This document shows positions 25,763 through 33,162 of a stretch of 49,130 nucleotides of DNA, piece after piece (the first letter of the stretch is position 1; each line of letters starts with the position of its first letter). This DNA is from an uncultured Candidatus Saccharibacteria bacterium (lineage in GTDB: Bacteria; Patescibacteriota; Doudnabacteria; UBA920), in contig CAZQFQ010000002.1 in assembly GCA_964592725.1 (NCBI GenBank), positions 1 to 49,130 of the forward strand, in the 5' to 3' direction. The notes below the pieces were generated by a model, which saw only the letters and a list, made by a program, of their open reading frames with translations, was not told where the DNA came from and ran no database searches. The position numbers and the translations under genes were made by a program.

Positions 25763-26737
25763 CTATTGAGAATTGCCGCTGCCTGCAATCAAGGCCGACA
25801 AAAACGTTCCTGTCGGCGACGGCGTAAAGTGTACGCTGTATGACCGAGCCACTCTGGCAAAACAAGCCGCGGGAAACAAATCCCCGACAACTTGCCCTGT
25901 CTGAAGAGCGTCCGCGCCGATGGACAGCGTCGGACCCGTGCACACCGGGTTGTTACCGTCGTCGGTAGACAACCAAGTGGTTACGGTGTCGGGAGCCAGT
26001 CCGACGTTTTTGACCACAAACGAAGTTTGTTGTGGATTGCCAACGCCAGCAACAGGAGGCTTGGTCTGAATTTCGCGGCGGACTGTGCCTGCGGGAGATG
26101 GCAATGGCGAAGAAGGATCCGCTATGTTCATCTGAACGCTGACGTCAGCGCCCGCGGCTATATCGCGAACCCTCATCAGTTTAAACACGGCAGTCGGCTG
26201 GCCGTTGTTCATAATAACGGCCTGAAGCGGCGCGTCGCCGGCAATCTCGCAAGCGTCCTGCAACACCGCAAACTGGTCCAGCAATGCCGGGAGCGCGGGA
26301 TCACCGACTGTCCCGTAAGCCTGGACGTACACATCGGCACTGCCGATGAAAGGACCGGGAGCCGGGGCGCTTGTGCCGCCAACACCGATTAGATCCACCC
26401 ATCGGGTGTATGCGACCATGGGCAGGATAATTTGGGGATCCGAAACCGTTCCCCCATTATCGAAAGTCGCCCAAACGCTCGTAGATGACCCGGTTGCCGA
26501 CATATAGTTGGTATGAGCTTCCAACTCTACGGGGTTTCCCGTTTGGTTGATGACCTTCAACCGAGTTTTTGCAGTAGGATAGTTGCCGATGACGACGAGG
26601 GCGTTATACTCGTCGTAGCAACCACTCTCCACAATCCCGTAAATGCCGCAGTTGGCTGGGGCATTGGTTTGCGCTTTCAGAGTCTCCGCGAACAGGAACG
26701 CTAAAAACGCGAGAATAACAAAAACCATGCGCTTCAT
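25763..26737 (-). CDS. secreted hypothetical protein, visibly more GC-rich than its neighbours
   Basis: Start set at ATG 26737, with GGAGGA 7 nt upstream. Signal peptide MKRMVFVILAFLAFLFAETLKAQ. Has its own promoter and terminator. Confidence 0.75.
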   Translation of the reverse strand: MKRMVFVILAFLAFLFAETLKAQTNAPANCGIYGIVESGCYDEYNALVVIGNYPTAKTRLKVINQTGNPVELEAHTNYMSATGSSTSVWATFDNGGTVSDPQIILPMVAYTRWVDLIGVGGTSAPAPGPFIGSADVYVQAYGTVGDPALPALLDQFAVLQDACEIAGDAPLQAVIMNNGQPTAVFKLMRVRDIAAGADVSVQMNIADPSSPLPSPAGTVRREIQTKPPVAGVGNPQQTSFVVKNVGLAPDTVTTWLSTDDGNNPVCTGPTLSIGADALQTGQVVGDLFPAACFARVARSYSVHFTPSPTGTFLSALIAGSGNSQ

Positions 26738-26770
26738 TTTGGGTTCCTCCAACTTTCTTTTTCTGGCAAT

Positions 26771-26799
26771 ATTATGGCATATCTTTATAATTTTGTCAA
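26771..26799 (-). promoter_or_regulatory. promoter TTGACA-17-CATAAT for 25763-26737
   Basis: The minus strand reads TTGACAaaattataaagatatgcCATAAT. Confidence 0.6.
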
Positions 26800-26815
26800 T
26801 AGTTTTAGCGAAATT

Positions 26816-26841
26816 TTAAAAACCCTCTTTATTAAAGAGGG
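26816..26841 (-). terminator. intrinsic terminator after 26877-28103
   Basis: The minus strand reads CCCTCTTT-AAT-AAAGAGGG followed by TTTTTAAAA. Confidence 0.8.
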
Positions 26842-26876
26842 CTTTAGTGCTTTAAATAAATATTTTGTTATTGCTC

Positions 26877-28103
26877 CTAATTATTTACACTCGGCAAAGA
26901 TTGGCTACTGCAATTCGGTATGCAAGCAGGATAAAGCCAGGAACAAGAACAACCCGGACTTGTTATTAAACTGCCTGCGGGGCCGGTGTTGGAATAATTT
27001 AAATTTGGGTCAATATGCTGCCCCGGAGTGACAGTCATAGTTTCGGAGCTAGTCCCGGTGTCTTTCCACACGGCGTTAAGTACCCCGGGAGGGAGGACGG
27101 TGATTGTGATGGCATCAAGCGTTCCCGCGCTGTTAGCCAATTCTTCGTTGGTCCCATAACCATCATAACCATAGAGGGTGTAGGTGTAAGTGCCGGGGGC
27201 AAGTCCGGAATCGGTAAGACTGCCGGTTGTGGACGAACTGGTAAAAGTTTTGCCGGAAGTTCCGGTTCTAACAATTTGAACGCCATCGGCCGGATTGCTG
27301 TTGCTGGTCCAGCTGATTACCGGAGAGTTGGGAGTAGTCGTAGCGGCGCTCATGGTGCCGGTAACCGTAACGCAGTCACCGCCGGTATTTATTTCCCCGG
27401 GAGCGCATTGAACACCTTCCACACTGTAAAGAGCGTAAACGTCAAAAGAACCATACCCGCTATATCCCACGCCTCTTGATGACGCAGTCAAATAAATGTT
27501 CGCGGTATAGTTGTGGGAATCTACCGCATAGTTATTATAAGAAGTTTGAAGTGTCCGAACCCAGTAAGCCGAGCTGTAAGCAATCCCTCCATTACAGCTA
27601 TTTGAGCCACAAGGGCAGCTCGGAGGAGGTACCAAGTAATATTGAGACGCTTCCCCAGTTATCTCAGGGTAGATATTATAATCAAAAGATGATAAGTTGT
27701 TTGCCCCACTACCACCTTCCACATCTATCGTAAAGTCACCCTGGGCATTATTCCAGGCTAAATTCGTAGAGAGGCAACCTGAAGGTGTTGTACAAACATA
27801 TCCGGCGGTCCCCTGGTAGCTATAATAGCCGCCATAGCCATAACCTCCGGTATCCCCCTGATAGACTCTGGTAAGATACTTGGTAGTGTCATCGGAAATA
27901 CTCAATTCCTGATTGGAACCATTTTGGTCGCAGGCAGTATTAGTGCCGCTAGACTGCAAACTATAACTATCAATAAACGGAGTATCTGCCGAAGTGTCAG
28001 CCCGCGAATGGCGGGCGGAGACCATAAAAAGGCCGGCAACCGCCAGGATGAGTAAACAGGTTCTTATTGTATTTTTCCAAAAAGGGTGCGCGTAAAATTC
28101 CAT
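26877..28103 (-). CDS. secreted hypothetical protein (408 aa), Gly/Tyr/Ser/Thr-rich
   Basis: N-terminal hydrophobic signal/anchor TCLLILAVAGLFMVSA. Starts 4 nt downstream of the TPR gene. Confidence 0.75.
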   Translation of the reverse strand: MEFYAHPFWKNTIRTCLLILAVAGLFMVSARHSRADTSADTPFIDSYSLQSSGTNTACDQNGSNQELSISDDTTKYLTRVYQGDTGGYGYGGYYSYQGTAGYVCTTPSGCLSTNLAWNNAQGDFTIDVEGGSGANNLSSFDYNIYPEITGEASQYYLVPPPSCPCGSNSCNGGIAYSSAYWVRTLQTSYNNYAVDSHNYTANIYLTASSRGVGYSGYGSFDVYALYSVEGVQCAPGEINTGGDCVTVTGTMSAATTTPNSPVISWTSNSNPADGVQIVRTGTSGKTFTSSSTTGSLTDSGLAPGTYTYTLYGYDGYGTNEELANSAGTLDAITITVLPPGVLNAVWKDTGTSSETMTVTPGQHIDPNLNYSNTGPAGSLITSPGCSCSWLYPACIPNCSSQSLPSVNN

Positions 28104-28107
28104 ATAT

Positions 28108-28974
28108 TTACTGTTGATTATAATTTATGGAAGCCATTACTACTTTTGACTCCTGGTTTAGGGAAACTATGTAGCTCGCCTTTTTGTCGGGCAAACTTTT
28201 GTGGAAAGTTACCAGGCCTTTTACCGTAGATGTCGCGGCGCTGTCCGGAGCCTGGCCCAGGGCGCTTGTAAGATATTTTGTGACCGCGGCCAAAGACATT
28301 GCTGAACTGTAGTTAGCCGTGGTGGTTTGGGTACTCCCCTGCTGTGGCGGAAAACTAAAGGCCGAGGCAAAAGACAATTTTTGGGGGTCAAACTGCACTC
28401 CTAACTCGGCTTCAAAATCTTTTTGGGCCACGGGAGTAAGAATTATCCGCGTAACTCCCGGACCCGGAAGCTCGGATTCGTATTTTTTTGCGGGAGCGGA
28501 ATTCGGGTCCAAAGCCAAAACCTTGTCAAAGCTCGCTTTGGCCTGGGTGAACTGGTTAAGCTGGAATTCGGCTATGCCCTTAAACAGCCAGACATCCGAA
28601 ACGTTGGGAAATGTCTGTGACATTTGAGTGGCCTGGGTCAGTGCGCCGGCATAATCTTTTTTATCCATTAACAGCTGTTGCAACTGCAGGCGGTCGGCGG
28701 CGGTAAACTGCGGCGGTAATGGTATGGGCTTTACGGGTCCGGGAGCCGAAGACCGATAAAAGAAAAATCCGGCAACCGCGACTATAACTATTACCACTGC
28801 CGACCAAATCCAAAAACGCTTCCGCGATAATTTGGGGGAAAGCGGCGTAAGAAGTTTATGCGGAACCGGAACGGGAGGCATCGGACTCATCGGACTTACC
28901 GGAGGCGCAGGACTTACCGGAGTTACGGGAGGAACCGGATTTGGGGCAATCGGAATCGGATGATATTCTTCCAT
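28108..28974 (-). CDS. membrane-anchored TPR-repeat protein with Pro-rich N-terminus
   Basis: PIPIAPNPVPPVTPVSPAPPVSPMSPMPPVPVP, a TM helix IWSAVVIVIVAVAGFFF, and a TPR-like segment GIAEFQLNQFTQAKASFDKVLALDPNSAPA. Confidence 0.75.
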   Translation of the reverse strand: MEEYHPIPIAPNPVPPVTPVSPAPPVSPMSPMPPVPVPHKLLTPLSPKLSRKRFWIWSAVVIVIVAVAGFFFYRSSAPGPVKPIPLPPQFTAADRLQLQQLLMDKKDYAGALTQATQMSQTFPNVSDVWLFKGIAEFQLNQFTQAKASFDKVLALDPNSAPAKKYESELPGPGVTRIILTPVAQKDFEAELGVQFDPQKLSFASAFSFPPQQGSTQTTTANYSSAMSLAAVTKYLTSALGQAPDSAATSTVKGLVTFHKSLPDKKASYIVSLNQESKVVMASINYNQQ

Positions 28975-29187
28975 TTTTTTGTTTCTTGCCTAAATTTTAA
29001 ACCTAATTTATTATAGCATATTTTAAAAGACACTTAAAAGGGGCTTGCCTAATAAGTAATCCACAGGCAAATTAAAGGGAATTTCTTTAAATAATGAAAG
29101 GGCTTATGGGTTTGGTTCCCTCCCCCTTTGAGTTTTATCGAATGGGTCAAGGGAGGGGAAAAAAGCGTAAACGCGTAAGTCCTATAA

Positions 29188-30528
29188 CTATAACTCCTTT
29201 ACCCTCCCAAACCCGATGGAATCGCTAAAGGCTTTGCCGGCCGGGAGCATTTGCGCGCGGAGGATGGTAAACTCGCCGTATTTATTGTTGATTTTGTCCA
29301 GGGCTAAAAGCAGGCGTTTTTGGCGTTCCGCGTCGCCGAACAAACTTAATTGGTTTTCGTGCAGTCTCAACCCGGCTACCGTAACGCCGATGAGTTTGGT
29401 ACCCTCCGTAGGGGAGGGTTTCAAACCCTCCCCTACGCCGCCTGTCATCATCTTCTCGCATTCCAAAAATATCTCCCGTCCATCCTGCAAAAAATATCCC
29501 AGCTTAATACTCTTACCAAACCCTTCATAATTTTTATCGTGGCAATAAAAATGAATAACATTCCCCATCAGCCCTTTTTTGCGCAAACGCCGGCCGACCA
29601 TTTCGCACAATTTATACAGCACGGGCATAAAAAATTCCGGCTTGCGAAATTCCACGGGCAAAGTATACATATGCCCCATTGATTTTATCTCTTGTTCCTG
29701 ATGAACGAGCTCTTTCCAGGTTCCCTCAAGTTGCCCGATGTTATACAAATGATGCCCCATAATATTGCCAAACCGGCTGACCAAATGGCTTTTGGGATAA
29801 TCCCGCAAATCCTTGAGCGTGCGGATGCCGAGCGCGTTTAAATTTTTTTCCTGCCTCCGGCCGATGCCCGGGATGTCTATCAACCGCAATTGATCGTACA
29901 ATTGATTTTTAATCAAAATGTCGCAATTGCCATCGCCGTAGGGGCGGGTTTGAAACCCGCCCCTACAATGGCCATAAGGCAAGATCACAACAAGTCCATC
30001 CGGCTTTTTCATATCCGACCCGATTTTGGCGAGCAGTTTATTTTCCGCGATGCCGATACTGCACCTTAGCCAGTCCCCGACCTCGGTTTTAAACCGCCGC
30101 TTAATTTCTTGCGCGATGCTTACGGCTTCTTCAAAGGGGTCTACCAGCTGATATGCTGATAAGCTGATCAGCTGATCAGCTGTCCTGACATTACACGCCT
30201 TGGTCAAATCCGCGAACACCTCGTCTATGCTGTAAACTTCCACCGCTGATGTGTAGTCGGACACCACCTTGACCATCAACCGATTAAAATGCCGGTAACG
30301 CTCCGGCCGCGTGGGCGTAAGAATAATTTTCGGGTAAAGTTTTACGGCTTCCCAAACCGGCGTGCCGGTTTTAACGCCCCATTTTTTTGCCTCCACGCTG
30401 GCCGCGATTATTATGCCGCCCAAATGCTCGCACACGCCTAAGGGCTTGCCGCGCCAGGCTAAATTATCCTGCTGTTCAACAGAGGCAAAGTAGCTGTTCA
30501 TATCAAGATGCATAATAACGGTCTGCAT
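29188..30528 (-). CDS. dinB: DNA polymerase IV (Y-family)
   Basis: Start set at ATG 30528 (MQTVIMHLDMNSYFASVEQ). IDEVFADLT and SIGIAENKLLAKIGSDMKKPDGL. The track's N-terminal extension is a translation of the leader hairpin. Confidence 0.9.
   Translation of the reverse strand: MQTVIMHLDMNSYFASVEQQDNLAWRGKPLGVCEHLGGIIIAASVEAKKWGVKTGTPVWEAVKLYPKIILTPTRPERYRHFNRLMVKVVSDYTSAVEVYSIDEVFADLTKACNVRTADQLISLSAYQLVDPFEEAVSIAQEIKRRFKTEVGDWLRCSIGIAENKLLAKIGSDMKKPDGLVVILPYGHCRGGFQTRPYGDGNCDILIKNQLYDQLRLIDIPGIGRRQEKNLNALGIRTLKDLRDYPKSHLVSRFGNIMGHHLYNIGQLEGTWKELVHQEQEIKSMGHMYTLPVEFRKPEFFMPVLYKLCEMVGRRLRKKGLMGNVIHFYCHDKNYEGFGKSIKLGYFLQDGREIFLECEKMMTGGVGEGLKPSPTEGTKLIGVTVAGLRLHENQLSLFGDAERQKRLLLALDKINNKYGEFTILRAQMLPAGKAFSDSIGFGRVKEL
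29407..29437 (-). repeat. in-frame perfect palindrome CGTAGGGGAGGGTTT-C-AAACCCTCCCCTACG inside dinB
   Basis: 15-bp arms, translated as GGVGEGLKPSPTEG. Confidence 0.8.
29938..29966 (-). repeat. in-frame perfect palindrome GTAGGGGCGGGTTT-G-AAACCCGCCCCTAC inside dinB
   Basis: 14-bp arms, translated in a different frame as CRGGFQTRPYG. Differs from 29407-29437 by a compensated A/T to C/G change in the arms. Confidence 0.8.
30145..30183 (-). repeat. in-frame tandem 8-mer / palindromic tract (NAGCTGAT)x4-5 inside dinB
   Basis: CAGCTGATATGCTGATAAGCTGATCAGCTGATCAGCTG, translated as TADQLISLSAYQLV. Confidence 0.7.
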
Positions 30529-30604
30529 ATCCTTTATCCTTAATCCCTTATCCTTTACCACTGCATGCGATCAAGGATGAAAGATAAAAGATTAAGGATA
30601 ATTC
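30529..30604 (-). promoter_or_regulatory. dinB 5' UTR consisting of one hairpin that pairs AAGGAU (SD-like) words with AUCCUU words
   Basis: 12 perfect bp, then about 14 more. Four C.A mismatches on the plus strand become G.U pairs in minus-strand RNA. The hairpin ends at the start codon. Confidence 0.5.
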
Positions 30605-30605
30605 T

Positions 30606-30634
30606 ATAGTATACTTTCGTTCACCTTTTGTCAA
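30606..30634 (-). promoter_or_regulatory. dinB promoter TTGACA-17-TACTAT
   Basis: The minus strand reads TTGACAaaaggtgaacgaaagtaTACTAT. Confidence 0.65.
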
Positions 30635-30666
30635 TAATAAAAAACGGCGTCATTATTCCGCCGTTT
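30635..30666 (-). terminator. intrinsic terminator after the GNAT gene
   Basis: The minus strand reads AACGGCG-GAATAATGA-CGCCGTT followed by TTTTATTATT. Confidence 0.7.
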
Positions 30667-30680
30667 GGATAATGTCAAGG

Positions 30681-31058
30681 CTATTTTAAGATTTTCAACA
30701 GCGCGTATTTTTCGTTATTAAACATTTTAAATCCCTGATTTTCAAACAACAGCACCGAGCCGGTAATGCCCAAAACTTCGTGGATCTTTAACTTTTTTGC
30801 TTTTTTTAAGCATTCCTTAATTAACCCGCCGCCAATCCCCTGCCGCCAATAACGCTCTTCCACCACCAGGCTCCGGATTTCCGCCATCCGTTTGGAATAC
30901 ACCTGCAAAGCACAGCACGCGATAATTTCCCCGTTTTTTTCCGCCACAAAAAACTCCTTCAGCCTCGGCAGATTAGTTTGAATAAGCTGTCTTGGATATT
31001 TGGCGATTAGCGCTTTAATTTTTTTACGGTCTTTTGGAAGAGACGGTCTTATGTTCAT
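30681..31058 (-). CDS. GNAT-family N-acetyltransferase
   Basis: 125 aa. RSLVVEERYWRQGIGGGLIKECLKKAKK matches acetyl-CoA-binding motif A. Confidence 0.8.
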   Translation of the reverse strand: MNIRPSLPKDRKKIKALIAKYPRQLIQTNLPRLKEFFVAEKNGEIIACCALQVYSKRMAEIRSLVVEERYWRQGIGGGLIKECLKKAKKLKIHEVLGITGSVLLFENQGFKMFNNEKYALLKILK

Positions 31059-31066
31059 TTTAACTC

Positions 31067-31231
31067 TAGAAGCTGTCTTAAAAATAATTTGTAGGCTAAA
31101 TTTTCAGAATTTTGAGCGGATTGGTCCAAATAAATTTTGACGTTTAGCCCAAAGCTAAGCGGAAAAATTTTTTGGGCCAAGACGCCAAAATTCTGGAAAT
31201 TTAGCCCGAAGGATTTTTAAGATAGCTTCTA
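31067..31231. repeat. B-family long hairpin element, copy 2
   Basis: Core 31078-31220 aligns with 14523-14664. The outer stem TAGAAGCTGTCTTA/TAAGATAGCTTCTA differs from copy 1 but still pairs. Confidence 0.8.
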
Positions 31232-31609
31232 ATGATGCCCTTGCATTTGCCGGCGAATATGTATGTGGTGTTTTTTATGGCAAACCATAATTGAAGCAAT
31301 CATAATAAATAATCCCGTCCAATACTCCATGCCGGAAAAAATAGATAAGCCGGCGTAAGGGCTTAACAATATCAAATCTAAAAGCAAGTCGCCCAAAGTC
31401 CAGGCAATAACCACAATAAAAGCTTCCAAAAAACTTATGGGGCCGAACCGCCGCGCCAAAGCCGCGGTAATAATTATGGTGGCGGCCCAAAAAGCCAACT
31501 GCTGCAGTCCGGCGTTGGCAAAAATTTGATACTTAAAAATCAAGCCTTTAAGCAAAGCCAGAAACAGCCATTGGAGAAAAAAAATTAGCAGGAATTTTTT
31601 GGGAGTCAT
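31229..31609 (-). CDS. hypothetical polytopic membrane protein
   Basis: 126 aa, about 4 hydrophobic helices. Confidence 0.6.
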   Translation of the reverse strand: MTPKKFLLIFFLQWLFLALLKGLIFKYQIFANAGLQQLAFWAATIIITAALARRFGPISFLEAFIVVIAWTLGDLLLDLILLSPYAGLSIFSGMEYWTGLFIMIASIMVCHKKHHIHIRRQMQGHH

Positions 31610-31616
31610 GGAGGCA

Positions 31617-31663
31617 AGTCGTTAGACTATAGACTATAGACTAAGAACTAAAGTCTAACTACT
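31617..31663. repeat. unique hairpin built from TAGAC/GTCTA words
   Basis: AGTCGTTAGAC...GTCTAACTACT with TAGACTATAGACTATAGACTAAG between the arms. Fills the spacer between two membrane-protein genes. Confidence 0.6.
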
Positions 31664-32135
31664 AAAGACTGTTTAATTTTTTTTGCGCTTTCTTGCTCGC
31701 CGCCCGCCGCTTAATAGGCGCAGGCGAAACGACGGCGGTAAAAACCGCCGGGCTTTGGGCTAATTCTTCCAACTGCCACAAATTATCCTCCAGGCGCTCC
31801 CTGACTTCGGCCATTTTGCTTTCCGGCGTTTTAGGTTTGGAGCCCGGAAAATAATTCACGGCCACGTGATGGACAAATCCGCGGTGGCTTTTTTCTTCGT
31901 AAACTTTTTCAAACCAATAAAGCCCCAGCCAAATACCGTACCACGCGCCAAGCATCAGCATTACAATCAAGACAAAATATTCAAGCACAAAAAACTGATT
32001 GTAATTTATGGCCGTGCTAATAACTCCGGCGCCGACCATATAAATAAAAACAAAAAACACCACCTGGCACACAATAGCAAACAGCATCATCCCCAAAATC
32101 CCGGTCATTAGCAAATACAAAGATTTTTTCGCCAT
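31662..32135 (-). CDS. hypothetical membrane protein (157 aa)
   Basis: Three N-terminal hydrophobic helices and a charged C-terminal tail. Confidence 0.6.
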   Translation of the reverse strand: MAKKSLYLLMTGILGMMLFAIVCQVVFFVFIYMVGAGVISTAINYNQFFVLEYFVLIVMLMLGAWYGIWLGLYWFEKVYEEKSHRGFVHHVAVNYFPGSKPKTPESKMAEVRERLEDNLWQLEELAQSPAVFTAVVSPAPIKRRAASKKAQKKLNSL

Positions 32136-32199
32136 ATAATTTTGTTACTTTTTTATTATAGGATAGTTCTAATTTTAAAGCAACTTCTAAAAAACACTT

Positions 32200-32228
32200 C
32201 ACAAAAACCGCTCCCATTTGGAAGCGGT
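32200..32228 (-). terminator. intrinsic terminator after the 57-aa ORF
   Basis: The minus strand reads ACCGCTTCC-AAAT-GGGAGCGGT followed by TTTTTGTG. One G.U pair forms only on the minus strand. Confidence 0.7.
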
Positions 32229-32230
32229 GA

Positions 32231-32404
32231 TTAGACGGTCTGCTCGTATTGTTTAAGCATTGCCCGTTGATCTTGGTTGGCTTTTCTGACAACACCTTCC
32301 ATTACCCTTCGTTTTTCTTCCGGCGTAGCATCGTTAAAAAATGAGGAAAAATCTTTTTTCTCTTGCTTAGGCTTGCCAAATAACCGTTTTAGCTTTGTGA
32401 TCAT
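32231..32404 (-). CDS. small ORF (57 aa) translationally coupled to the zeta-like kinase gene
   Basis: MITKLKRLFGKPKQEKKDFSSFFNDATPEEKRRVMEGVVRKANQDQRAMLKQYEQTV. Its ATG overlaps the upstream TGA (ATGA), and a terminator follows 2 nt after its stop. Below the ORF-track cutoff. Confidence 0.45.
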   Translation of the reverse strand: MITKLKRLFGKPKQEKKDFSSFFNDATPEEKRRVMEGVVRKANQDQRAMLKQYEQTV

Positions 32405-33099
32405 AAAATGTTCTCCAATTCTTCCTTAGTATACACCTTAGGCAAATATTTATCAACGCAGTCTATATTATCAAAAAGTTGTTCAATATTTCTGGTGAAA
32501 TCCTTAATTATTAAGTTGAGTTCCACTCTATCCCCAAAGTGCGTTTTGGCCATGCTGACATTTTCACGCGCGCGAACAAAAGAGTGGATAAACACTTCTT
32601 TTGAAACTCTTCGACCTTCTTTTTCCTCACGGGCTTTAGTAAACGTCCAGGCAACCATCGGGTCTTGAAATAAATAGTAAATAATTACCAGACGATTATG
32701 TTTAAGTGAGCGTTCAATATTTTCCATCGCCCGTTCATAAGCAAACGTACCGTCCAATATGGCGTTGATGTTGTTGTACAAAACATAATCAAAAAGTTTG
32801 TTTACCCCAATGGTACAGGCGCTCTGAAAAATGTGTGAATTGGCGCCGCTGTAATTTGGAAAAATTACGCGAATATCATCGGCGTCAATTCTTACCGGAA
32901 GGTTGCCGGTAAACAACTCTATCAAACGTTTGGATACTTCGGTTTTACCGGCACCGGGCGATCCTGCCATAAACAAAGATATGGGATTTGAGTTGAAATA
33001 ATAAACCTTAGGGTCAGCAAAACGGGTTATAAGCTCGTCTTTGTGCTCTTTAATATAACTTTCAGCTTCTTTAATCAATTTTTGTTCTTCATCTGACAT
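32401..33099 (-). CDS. zeta-toxin-family P-loop kinase
   Basis: Walker A MAGSPGAGKTEV, then RIDADDIR and ILDGTFA spaced as in zeta/AAA_33 kinases. Confidence 0.6.
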   Translation of the reverse strand: MSDEEQKLIKEAESYIKEHKDELITRFADPKVYYFNSNPISLFMAGSPGAGKTEVSKRLIELFTGNLPVRIDADDIRVIFPNYSGANSHIFQSACTIGVNKLFDYVLYNNINAILDGTFAYERAMENIERSLKHNRLVIIYYLFQDPMVAWTFTKAREEKEGRRVSKEVFIHSFVRARENVSMAKTHFGDRVELNLIIKDFTRNIEQLFDNIDCVDKYLPKVYTKEELENIL

Positions 33100-33162
33100 T
33101 TAAGTTAGTTTTTAAAATTTTTTGATACAGCCTAAAAAGCAGATTTTGCCAAATTCAGCCTT

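Noticed and set aside
29115-29160. CCCTCCCCC...GGGAGGGG hairpin downstream of dinB as an intrinsic terminator
   Set aside because: There is no U-run after the stem on the minus strand and the loop is large (25 nt). It is more likely another REP-like element than a terminator.
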